From the human T2T-CHM13v2.0 reference genome, Homo sapiens, in assembly GCF_009914755.1 (NCBI RefSeq), contig NC_060927.1: 64,000 nucleotides of DNA. One strand, given 5' to 3'. Below, in pieces: positions 1-11,864 of this stretch (position 1 is its first letter; the number at the start of each line of letters is the position of its first letter). The position numbers and the translations under genes were made by a program. The notes under the pieces are model-generated. The model searched no databases. It was given only the letters and a program-made list of their open reading frames with translations, and was not told the origin of the DNA.

Positions 1-1039
1 AGCCCAGGAGATCATGGCTGCAGTGAGTTATGATTGTATTACTGCACTCCAGCCTGGGCAAAAGAGTGAGATCCTGTTTAAAAAAAATTTCAGTCCAGTT
101 CAATTAAAAACTTTAATCTTACATCAGATCCACAGCTTTTTCCTGGCCCCTCGCTCAGGATAGTGGCCAAGGGGGATGAGGTCTGTTCTGACCTATTGTT
201 CTTCCTCCTGTCTCCTTGTTCTGATTTTCCAGGTTCTAGGCATGGGATAGGGACATCAGATAAAATAGACCAAAGACTGACATGGCAGGGGCTATTATAG
301 TCTCTCAGGGTCCTCTGTAGGGTAGATATTCAAATACCATCACTCTCGGGTCCATTCGTGGGTCTTCTGAGCATTGGAATTTCCTAATGCTCCCAGTGCT
401 CTGTTTGTGACCTCCCTCAGCTCCTGTCCCTGGCAGTTCACCCCATAACCTCTTTCTGTAGGGGTCTCCTCATCCTAGCACATGGGGTGCCTTTAAGACA
501 GCAGGGTCCACTTGGCCAAAAAACCCCACTGTTCCCCAGCCTCCACCCTGTTGTGGTGGGCTGCTCCAATCAACCTCCTGCCTTCATTATACCCAGATGA
601 GAGATGGGCATCATTCTCCGGGTTTATGTAGGCCCTCAAACTCCAGGTGGCACATATTAACCCTCCTATAATCTCTCTCACTGTCTGGAATACCAGGACA
701 AGCCCCCATGTTTCTGAATTAGCAAGTTCCAGCCAGAGTGGGATGGCAGATGTCCTTTTTCAAAGGCAGTCCCCGCATCTATCTAAGGAGTTCTCTTGAA
801 CTCCCCTTTGCCTAGCTCGAGTAGATGAGAGTTGTATGGGGAGTGAGGAGGAGAGATTCAAGACCCTGTCACTTCCATGAACTGGATTCCCAGCCTCTAT
901 TGGTAGGCTGTTAGCAGTGAGCACCAATGTACTATGGGTGCTGAAGGTCCCTCTTTTGACCTAGTTGTGTCCCCTAGGCTTTGGCAGTCTGGGCCTGTGA
1001 TGGAAGGGGCAGTACCAATGATCTCTAATGTATCTTTGG

Positions 1040-1530
1040 GGTTATTCTTTTAGTGTCCTCAAGGATAGTGCCTGGCTTCCGCTGATTTGTACTGGCCTCC
1101 TTATCAAACAGTAGCTTGGCCACATCCTTGGTGTTCTCTCCCAAACACACTTTGTTATTCATGGAAAATGAATAAACAGCATGGCCAACATGAGCATTTG
1201 ACAAATCTTTAAGTTCTGCTTCCCTTTTAATTATAAATTCTAATTTGTTTCTCTCTTCTCACATTTTACTATAAGTAGTCAAGAGAAGCCATACCACACC
1301 CTCAACACTTTGCTTAGGGACTTCTTCTGCCAAATGTCCTATTTCATCACTTACAAGTTCCTTCTTTCACAAACACTAAGGCATGAATACAGTTCAGCCA
1401 AGCTCTTTGCCATTTTGTAGCAAGGATTGCCATTTCTCCAGTTTCTAATAGTTCCTCATTTGCATCTGAGACCTCATCAGAATGTCTTTATTGTCCATAT
1501 TTACGTCAACATTCTGTTCATGACCTCTTC
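1040..1530 (-). mobile_element. ERVL-MaLR internal-like fragment
   Basis: Resembles recalled MST/MLT1-int sequence (ttcagccaagctctttgcc, ttcctcatttgcatctgagacctcatcag). Confidence 0.5.
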
Positions 1531-2701
1531 AATGCATTTGTTACATTTCTCCCATTGTGTCCTCCCTCCCATTCTCTTTGTCCCTGAGAGTTGGTATCCT
1601 TTTCTTATACCTGTTTTTTCAGTGGACATGAGGCCAATCCCCCATCTTTTTGAAGAAGTCTCAGTTTAATGGCTTTCTTTAGGAGAGTTCCACAGCCTTA
1701 GAGTGGAAAATGATGACTGATTGCTGAACCCTGGTGGGAGAGAGGAGGAGCAGGGCAGGTATAAGGAATGAAGTTGTCTCTAGTGTCTTGAGTGTGTGTT
1801 TATGGCAACCAGCCAGAGTCCTGGTCGGGGAGGGAGTGCTGGTATAAGAAATCAGCAGGCACAGTTTTATTAAAAAGTTATACCACCTTAGGGGACTGAG
1901 GCTGTACCAGTCCCCAAGTACATAGCTCTGCCTCTGTGTCCTCGGGCAAGCCTTTTACTCCTTGAGCCTGGGAGTAAAATGGGGATAATCATACTAGGTC
2001 CAGGTTTGGATGAGGATTAAACAAGACTATATATACAAGGGCACCAAGCACCATTTTTCACACATACGTGCTTTTTATGCCAATCTGTGTGGATTCTGAC
2101 AGCCTGAGAGGATGGGAAAAAACAGAGAGGAGTTATTCTGAAGTCAAAGGCAATAGAGATGTGGCGGGGGAGAGATGGGACAGAGTAGAGACCTTCACTC
2201 ACCCCTCCATTCACCCAGGCAGAGTGCTGGGCACTGGGGTCAGACCCAGGGTCCTGCCCCCTCACACTCCTCAGGCTGTTGGGGAGACAGATAGGGAACA
2301 GGAGAAATCCCAACTAAGGGCATGGGGGCTCTACAGGAGGCTGTGGGCATGGAGGTCGGAGCCCTCAGCATGCCTGAGCAGATAGGGGTGGCCCCCTAGA
2401 TAGAAAAGGAGAGAGCTCTCAGTGATTACTGAGGGCAAATCAAGGAGACTGGAGACAGAGGCAGCCGGTGGTCAGGGTGTTACCTAGCAGCAGTGGAGGC
2501 CATGTGAGGCTTAGACAGGGGAAGGGCTGACCACCAGGGAGGAGCAGAGGGCAGCTCGAGGTCAGTGGTGGCCTTCAAGGCCCTGACATCTGAATCACCT
2601 CATGCTGGCACAGGATGGCCACAGCTGAGGCCACGAGAGGGCCAGCAGGGGGTCTCTGGGCATCATAGAACGGTGAGATAAGAGAGGGGCTGGCCACGCA
2701 G

Positions 2702-2822
2702 GATTCTCCCGGAGTCCCCGCGGTGGCTGATGATGAAAGGGAAGGTGAAGGAGGCCAAGCAGGTGCTGTGCTACGCCGCAAGTGTGAACAAGAAGACCAT
2801 TCCTTCAAATCTGCTGGACGAG
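2702..2822 (+). CDS. SLC22A14: SLC22A14 internal coding exon (first exon in window; upstream exons lie outside it)
   Basis: cag|G...GAG|gtaaag; encodes ILPESPRWLMMKGKVKEAKQVLCYAASVNKKTIPSNLLDE, containing the SLC22/MFS PESPRWL motif; phase matches the next exon. Confidence 0.93.
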
Positions 2823-3090
2823 GTAAAGGGCTTCTGGCCAGGAGTGGGGCCGGAGCAGTGGGCTGTGGAAGGGCCCCTTCCCTCCTCATCCTTTCAGGTG
2901 GGACATTGGTCCAGAGGGTGCCCCCAGTCCACTGCTTAAGGACAATGGTGACAGCAAAATTGAACCCTGCCAGGGAAGGCCAGAAGCCAGCTGGCACTTT
3001 CAGGGACAGGCAGGCCTTGTGGGTGCTGTGGGGCTGGGGAGCAAGCTGGGGTCTTGGCCCTGCCTCTGACTGGTCCTGCTTGTTCTGTAG

Positions 3091-3188
3091 CTGCAGCTGC
3101 CCAGAAAGAAGGTGACTCGGGCCTCTGTCCTGGACTTCTGTAAGAATAGGCAGCTCTGCAAGGTGACCTTGGTGATGAGCTGTGTGTG
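3091..3188 (+). CDS. SLC22A14: SLC22A14 coding exon
   Basis: ttctgtag|CTG...TG|gtgagt; LQLPRKKVTRASVLDFCKNRQLCKVTLVMSCV(W). Confidence 0.92.
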
Positions 3189-3380
3189 GTGAGTATCCAG
3201 GGCTCGCTGGCAGGGACTGCGAACAGGTGCGCAGGCTGGAAACTCTAGGGAGAGGATGGGAATGGTCAGGCTGCAGGGGAGGCAGCCCAAGGACACAGAT
3301 CACAGGTCTCTGTGCTTATTTCTCTCCTCCGTTCCTACCCTGACCCTTGCTGCTCTGCCTCTGTCTTTATTCCTGGCTCC

Positions 3381-3392
3381 GTGTGTGTGTGC

Positions 3393-3424
<32 letters not shown>

Positions 3425-3448
3425 GCGCGCGCGCGTGTGCACGCGCAC
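3381..3448. repeat. Compound (GT)5(GC)8(GT)8(GC)6 microsatellite; alternating purine-pyrimidine tract
   Basis: Read directly; 68 bp of uninterrupted R/Y alternation ending 21 nt before the exon at 3470. Confidence 0.95.
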
Positions 3449-3469
3449 TTGCCTCCTGGCTTCATCCAG

Positions 3470-3684
3470 GTTTACCATCAGTTACACCTATTTTACGTTG
3501 AGCCTGAGAATGAGAGAGCTGGGCGTGAGCGTCCACTTCAGACACGTGGTCCCCAGCATCATGGAGGTGCCTGCCCGGCTGTGCTGCATCTTTCTCCTCC
3601 AGCAGATTGGGAGGAAGTGGAGCCTGGCTGTGACTCTCCTCCAAGCCATCATCTGGTGCTTGCTTCTCCTTTTCCTCCCTGAAG
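3470..3684 (+). CDS. SLC22A14: SLC22A14 coding exon
   Basis: atccag|G...GAAG|gtacag; FTISYTYFTLSLRMRELGVSVHF...QIGRKWSLAVTLLQAIIWCLLLLFLPE (TM helices, GRK loop motif). Confidence 0.93.
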
Positions 3685-5300
3685 GTACAGCTCATCCTTC
3701 CCCTGTGGCCTGCCCACAGCCTTCCTGCTTCCCAAAACCCCTCCCCAGTGCCGCCTGCCATGGCCGGCCACCTAGACACCCTGGGAATCAGCCTTCTGCA
3801 CCTATAGCCCACCCACCCCACAGAGGCCCCAGCACCTCCAATCCCTGGAGCACTGCTCTTCCTGGGCGGGGTCCCCCAGACAGGGCACCCACACTCTCTC
3901 AGAGGCCTGAAAGAGGAGGGTGTACTTTCCAGAGGACAGCAGGCAGCCTTCTTCCACCAGATTCCAATCCACCTTAGAAGTAGGTCTAATGGTTACATGT
4001 GAATAAATGATGGCAAAAATATTCCTTCAACTGCTGCCCAGGCCCACCTGTCATCTGTAGCCCCTTTGACTGGGAAATGCCTGTTGTTCCCTGTAGCTTC
4101 ACCAGGAATAACCTGACCACTGAAAAATTGAGTGTAATATGGGGCTCAGCACTCAGGAACAGCTCTTGCATGGAGGCCCCTCCTTTCCAGAGGGGCTCAG
4201 TGCCCCATTCCTGCTGGCTTAGCACTAGAAAAGGAAACAGGAAGGGCTGGTGTTATCTTCAGAATCTCAAAGAGCCCTAAACAGTGGATACACCACAGGT
4301 CCTAGAGCTGGAGCGATCTGTGCAGCACATGCACTTAGAATGACTGCCTGCGGAGCCCTTTCACAGTCGCAGCAAGGGCAGGGGAGGCTAGATCCGGCCC
4401 TGCCTGGAGGGGCTCCCTCCCTTTCTCCAGGGCTGGAATTGTGTGTGTCTGGATTAGGACCCTTCCACTCCCAGATGCTGGCAGTGTAGATTGGCTAACA
4501 CAAAATGTGGAAACAAATTCATTATTGAATATTAATTGCCTGGTGGTTTTTAAAAAAGCAGGTCTACACTGAGTCAAGCAGCAATATGTAAACTCAGAAG
4601 TGTGAGAGAAACTAGGAATGGACTCCCCGGTAGATAAAACTGGATCTCTGATTTCATCCCAGAGACAAGAAAAGCCAGGACTGGAATGGGAGTAAGGCCG
4701 GGGCAGGGTCCTGCAGAGGCTGACAGGCAGGCAGGCAGGGGCTGAAGCCCCCAGCTTCACCAGGTCTGAGGAATGGGCTTTCCCCAGTTTCCCCTTCATT
4801 GTGCCTGTCTAGCTGGCCGGAGAACATCCTGGAATGTTTGGGAGCCATCCCAGCCATTCAGGCCCCAGGAACCAAACACCCCCTTGCTCTGACCACCTTG
4901 CAGAGCCCCGGTGGTACAGCCCTGAGCAGGGGTCCCAACCCACAGGACACAGGCCTGGCCCTGAGTGGATCCCCAGTGGGGTGAGGAAGCTGCAATTGGG
5001 TGAGGAGGTGGAACGAAGACACAGCCTTGGAGGCAGAGAAGGGGGTGTTGGGTGTAGCATGGGAGACAGTGGCCTGAGAGGCCATGGGTGTCCCAGGGGA
5101 CCTCCCCACCCCTGCTGACCAACTCTGCACTGCAAATGTCCTGCCTTCCAGCCTGGCTGGGCCTCTGACAACCTGCCACTCCTCTGACAGAATGCCTGAG
5201 CCTGCTGGCCAGCTGGGCAGGTGGTGGGGAAGGCTGTTCAGATGCCTTCTGGGAGGGGTCAAGGGAGGGCTGATGAGTGGAACTCCTTCACCCACCCCAG

Positions 5301-5454
5301 GGGAGGATGGCCTCAGACTCAAGTGGCCACGTTGTCCGGCCACAGAGCTGAAATCCATGACGATCTTGGTGCTCATGCTCAGAGAGTTCAGCCTGGCCGC
5401 CACTGTCACTGTGTTCTTCCTCTACACCGCTGAGCTCCTCCCCACTGTGCTCAG
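5301..5454 (+). CDS. SLC22A14: SLC22A14 coding exon
   Basis: ccccag|GG...AG|gtatgg; EDGLRLKWPRCPATELKSMTILVLML...YTAELLPTVL(R), containing the SLC22 ELxPT motif. Confidence 0.93.
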
Positions 5455-6066
5455 GTATGGGGTCTGGTGGGCGAGGGGGCCATGGGGACATGCGCAGGGA
5501 GTGACAATGACAAGATTAATGCAGCAACTAAGACAAGCATTCACCTGGTGACAAGCACTGTGCTAAACAGTTTACATAAGTGATCTCATTTAAACACCAC
5601 CAGAAAATCCCCCAAATGCCATCACTAACCCTATTTCAGATGCAAGACCAGACAGATAAAGGCACTCGATTAAGGGCAGACAGAGCAAGCAGCAGAGCTG
5701 GGATTTGGCCCCAGGCAGCCTGACTCCAGCCCCTGCCTTGCACTCACTGCCTGGAAAGTGTTTGGGCCACTTGGAGGCTCAGATCCTTCCCTGAGGTTGG
5801 CGATGGGAGCACTATCTTCCTGCCTGGCTGGCATCACTGCCTGTGTCCTCTCCCCGCACATCCACATAATGCTGCATGGTTTCTGCCTCTCCCCCTCCTC
5901 ATCCCCCTTGAAGGAGGCCCAGAAGAAATTATTGCCTACTTGGAATCACACAATGAGGATGGGACAGGGTGGAGACTGGAGAGTGTGGGTTTTCATGTAG
6001 CTGCTGGCCCTGCCCAGCCTCTGAACCCGGCAGACCCCTCACAGGAGCTCTCACCTCCACTTTCAG

Positions 6067-6267
6067 GGCGACAGGTCTGGGGCTGGTGTCTCTGGCCTCG
6101 GTGGCTGGAGCCATCTTGTCCCTGACAATCATCAGCCAGACCCCCTCCCTCCTGCCCATCTTTCTCTGCTGCGTCTTAGCCATCGTGGCCTTTTCCCTCT
6201 CCTCCCTGCTGCCGGAAACGCGAGATCAGCCCCTCTCCGAGAGCCTGAACCACTCCTCACAGATAAG
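6067..6267 (+). CDS. SLC22A14: SLC22A14 penultimate coding exon
   Basis: tttcag|G...AG|gtaggt; ATGLGLVSLASVAGAILS...LLPETRDQPLSESLNHSSQI(R), containing the LPET motif. Confidence 0.93.
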
Positions 6268-7940
6268 GTAGGTGTGGGAGCCTCCTGGGCTGTGCCAGCA
6301 CGGGGCCTGGCTCTGAAGCCTTGGCACAGAGAGCGTGCGGGACATTGTCCATCCCCGCCCCTCTGCCGGAGAGCCTGTGACTCGAAGGCTGCCATGTCCG
6401 CAGCAGTCTCTCCGCTCCTCTGGCTGCTGCTGTCTACCTGCTCCCACCCAGCCTCTGCCAGTTCCCATCCTGCTGCCCCTCCTGACCCGGACTGGGCCAT
6501 GTCGTCTCCTTTCCTTGCCCCTGCCTGCCTGTCTGGATGGGTGCATTGCCTTTGGGCATACCCTCCAGGGGCACTCCTCCCAGAGGCTCCCTCTCCTCCC
6601 AGGGACAGGGGACTGGCTTGGAACTGACTCTGAGTACATCTCTTTTCCTGTCTGAACTCCTAGTTCAGTCCTGGTTTTCATAAAAAACCCAGTCTTGATG
6701 AAGGACTCTGGCCTCTTGGCCCCAGCAGCCCAGGACCCCATTTGGGAACTGGGTTCCACCCAACACCTCCATGGGCACTTCCGGCCTCTGATCTCCCAGG
6801 TGTCCCCTGGAGAAGACTTGTCATGATTGGCAGGACCATTCCTTCTGGGTTTTCGGCCAATGAACACGCTCTCCCTGGACCTGAGGGGACCTGAGCGCCA
6901 GTGAGGAGCAGAGGTTGCCCGAGGCCCTAGAGTGTCCTCTGCTCTGTGCCACAGCAGTCACTGCCTCTGGCCTTTCTCTGCCCTCCTCCCTACCATCTTC
7001 CCCCTGCCCTCCCTCCCTGCTCTCACTGGAACCACACATGCTAGGCACTGTGCCAGGGCTTGACTGTCAAAGGTCAGAGGTCAGCACTCCCCATCCTTGA
7101 GAAAACCATAGCTTATGCGGAGACAGATGATGCAAACAGTTCCTGCTAGAGGACTCTGACAGTGGGATATACAGGATCTGTAGGAACCTAACAAGGGAAG
7201 AACGTTAATTTGGGGAGTTGGAGAAAATGTCACAGTGACAACTGAGTAGGGCTTTGAAGGATGGATAGAAACTTGCCCCACTGTAGAGAGAGGAAGTTCA
7301 GCGCCGCACGGGAAGAGAGGATAATGGTTATGGGCACAGGTTCCATGTGCCGCAACTTCCTAGTGTGTGCACGGAGAAGTTACCTCATACCTCTGAGACT
7401 CAGTTTCTTCATTTGCAAAGTGGAATGAGAACAGAGTAATAACAATAGCTAAGATGAATTGAGCATTTGTTATGTGTTAGACCCTGTTCTACACATGCCT
7501 TATCTCGCTCTATCCTCAAAACAATCAAATGCAAGGTAGGTTCTGTCACTATCCCCATTTTACAGGTGAGAACATTGGGGCACAGAGAGGTAAGGCCATG
7601 TAGCCCAGCCATCCTCTCCCATGGGTTTTTTTGAGAGGATTAAACCTACATAAAGCAGCTGGCACAGGGTCTGGCATGTGGCAAGTGCTCAGTAAATGCT
7701 AGCAGTGAAGATGGTGGACCAACTTCAAAGACAGAAAAGAGAAGGGTCTCGCAAGGGTTGGGAGATGGAGCAGGCCTGATTCTGGAGGCTCCTGGCAAAG
7801 CTCGGCTGGGGACCTGCCGGAGTGAGAAAGCCTCACCTCTTGGGAACGCAGGGTTGGGCGCTGCTGAAGGCACAAGCCGCTGCTTTTCTCAGCTTCCAGA
7901 AAGATGTGGCCCTGGACTCATCCTCTGATGGCTCTTTCAG

Positions 7941-7992
7941 GAATAAGGTCAAGGACATGAAGACTAAGGAAACATCATCTGATGATGTCTGA
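7941..7992 (+). CDS. SLC22A14: SLC22A14 last coding exon, up to the stop codon
   Basis: ctctttcag|G AAT AAG...GAT GAT GTC TGA = NKVKDMKTKETSSDDV*; the six exons join in one open frame (841 nt). Confidence 0.9.
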
Positions 7993-8294
7993 GGAAGCGG
8001 CCAAGAATGTCATTCTCAATGCCCAGATCCTGAGATTGGACCCATACCCTGTCTCCAACCCTGCCTTGAAGCAATTCAATAAAGAGGAAGCAAACAGCCA
8101 GGCTCCCTGAGGGCCAGGCCCCCAGACCATCTTGGGTTGGAATTGAGTGGCCAAGTATGGGGTCATGGATTCCAGGCCACAAATTCCAGGCCTAGTTCAG
8201 TCTGGGGGCAGGGTCAGTCCTGCTCCCAGGCCAGCCCTTGACATTAAAAAAAAATGCCCCCTCCTTCTGCAGGAGCTCTGCTGTGATTCATTCC

Positions 8295-8300
8295 AATAAA
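8295..8300 (+). terminator. SLC22A14 polyadenylation signal (AATAAA); proximal AATAAA at 8078-8083 and ATTAAA at 8243-8248
   Basis: Canonical hexamer about 300 nt after the stop, followed by GT-rich sequence (tgttggtcttg). Confidence 0.7.
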
Positions 8301-9726
8301 GGTACAATGTTGGTCTTGAGATGGCTGGGTCAAAGTTGCCCATGTGTGGAGAATGCAGAGGCCCTGGCCTGGAGGAAGATGGGTTAGACAGACTCCTTAG
8401 TGTCTTTGTCTAATCGTTCAGGGACAGTGAGGAGCTCTCTGGATGGGGGCAGGGGAGTGGGGAGGGCAATGTCTATGAGGGCCAGAGGTGAAGTGAGGGC
8501 AAGACTGTGCCTGCACACCAACCATACCCACTAGCCCATGCATCCGCCAGCATGGCGAGTTTCCACCTGAAGCACAGGCTGAGGACAGATTTCAAAGCTC
8601 CATTTTATGCACTAGTCAGGGCAGGGATGGAATGTAAAGGAACATTGAGAACTTCTCTCATTTGTCCCATTGCATAGGGCTTTCTCACCATCTTTCTGCT
8701 GATGCTGCAAATAAACATGGTCTTGGGAATTACCCAAATCGGTCCACATCCCTGGGGATGCTTTCCTGATGACTCCACCCTAGCTGACCTCTGGCCTCCA
8801 CCACTCTGAGGATAAGCCCCCATACCCCAGCTCACACCCTAACTGCCCTGAAGGTGATTCTGCCCTTCCCAGCTGGCATGGGGGTTCTGCCAGGCAGGGC
8901 CCAGGACTCCTCAACCAGACTGTGAAGTCCTTGGGTCAGGCCTTCGGCACTACCTCCTCTCTCCCTGTCTTACCTCCTCCACGCTTGCCTAGTTTATTGG
9001 AAGATCATGGGCTTGCAGAGAATAGCTCTGGTTCGACTCCTCATAGCCTCTGAGGGAGGAAGACAGATAAGCAAGTCAGTTCTCATGGAGCCAGGGCAGC
9101 AAGGCCATGGATCTCCCAGGCAGGTTGGAGTCCAGTGAAGCAGGGAGTGGCCTCCAGCATTCCCAGCACTCTGGCCCAGCACACTGCTTTGCGCATGTGC
9201 TCCCAAGCTTTGGGACACCAAGAAGCTGGTGTCCATGCCTTTCCCTTTCAGTGTCATTTTCTGTGCCTACTGTTCTTGACTGAGTTTCCTAGGAGGGTCT
9301 CCAAAGTGGGGTTTGAAGGGCCAGAAAGTGATCTCACAAAGTGTCTGTTCATAGGACCACAGGATGCTCGAAAAGTCTCTGTTGCTCTTTCTGGCAGAGG
9401 CCTGTGTGTGAGCTGTGATGCCAACATATTAGCCTTATTTAAACACCTCTCCTCAAGTTACTTTGCCAGGAATCACCTAGTGCCATAGGGAACAGGAGGA
9501 AGAGAGGGGTCAGGACAGAAAACTGATGGGGCAGTGTGGGTGTGAAGGAGCTGGTTGTACAGGCTGTGGCTGTCAGCGAGACCAACTGCACTCCTACACG
9601 CTTTCAATTTTTCTTAGGTGGCCAAGGCTTGTCAGTCAGTTCCAGATAGGACCTACCTAGTTGTTTACTGAATCAATGGCTAATAATATTTAGAGTTTGA
9701 CGTTATGTATTTTACTAGACTAGACC

Positions 9727-10740
<1,014 letters not shown>

Positions 10741-11864
10741 GACTAGAACATTCCTTTTATTGGTCTCACACGTCATTATTATCACACAGGTATCTTGGTG
10801 TAATGCCTAAAATTAAATGCCAAAATTGTATGAAATTGTATGTTGTCAATACTCTTTCTCACACGTGATATTTTTATGATACATTAGACAGTGTTGACAT
10901 GTTGGCAGGAGCCTCCTTGTGTGCAGACAGAGAGAGAGAGAGGTCAGTAATCTTGCAGCTTGTGATGGTACCCATGGATGCCTGTGAACTGTGAATTCTG
11001 GATCTCTAATTTCCTGGTCACTGACTACTTGCCTTTGTGGAATTCTCATCTGCTTCTTTTAGCTGTTTGTATATTTCTACCACTGTTCAAGCATTGGCCT
11101 AAATGTGGCAGCAGCCTCTTGTTCTAGGTTATCCCCTTTCATCCCCATCCTTGACATGGGATGCTGCTAACAATTTACCAAAGGCCTTGAGGTCATGTTG
11201 AGGGGATGCACGGGGTGAGCGTGAAGCAGCTTGGTACAGGATGAGGCCTCCAGGACGTGAGTAGAAAACTTAGCTCCCCATGAATGCAAGCCCCAAGCCC
11301 AGAAACAAACCTAAACACTTGTGAATCCCATAAGGCCTTGGCAGAAGCAAACACTAAAGCAATCCACAACAAGGTTGCCACAGTAACTCAAGACTTAACA
11401 GGGCTTCTAAGGCAGATGAATCTCAATGAAATGAACTTGTAAGTAAAAATTACTGAGCACGTGAAGAAATAAAATGGCATAAAAACAGAAGGAATACACT
11501 GGAGGGTTTGCCGTCAATGAACTAGTGGTGAGAGTGCTCTTTCTGAAAAGACTTTGTTTAAAATGTTCAGAGATAAAGTCACATAACACCTAAGACACAA
11601 ACTTGGAAAATGACACCCATAAATCCTAGAAATGAACACTATAGTGGCTGAATTAAAGAACACAATAGAGAAGTAAAATCAGAATGAGACACTGCACAAG
11701 AAGGAGTGAGTTGCTTGATTATTTAATTATTAAATATAACTCCCCTGTCTCTATTAATGCTTTTTGCCATAAGTTTTCTTTCACTTGACATTCTTACAGT
11801 AATCTTTTAAACTTTTTAAGTGAAGAATAACATATGTAGAAGTGCATAAATCATTTAATGTGTT

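Noticed and set aside
2575-7100. Many 60-240 aa ORFs overlapping SLC22A14 on both strands
   Set aside because: GC-rich shadow frames or exon-plus-intron readthrough with no recognisable domains
7993-8082. Stop-codon readthrough extension of SLC22A14 (29 codons)
   Set aside because: The context is TGA-G, not the TGA-CTAG readthrough motif; the shifted frame looks more protein-like
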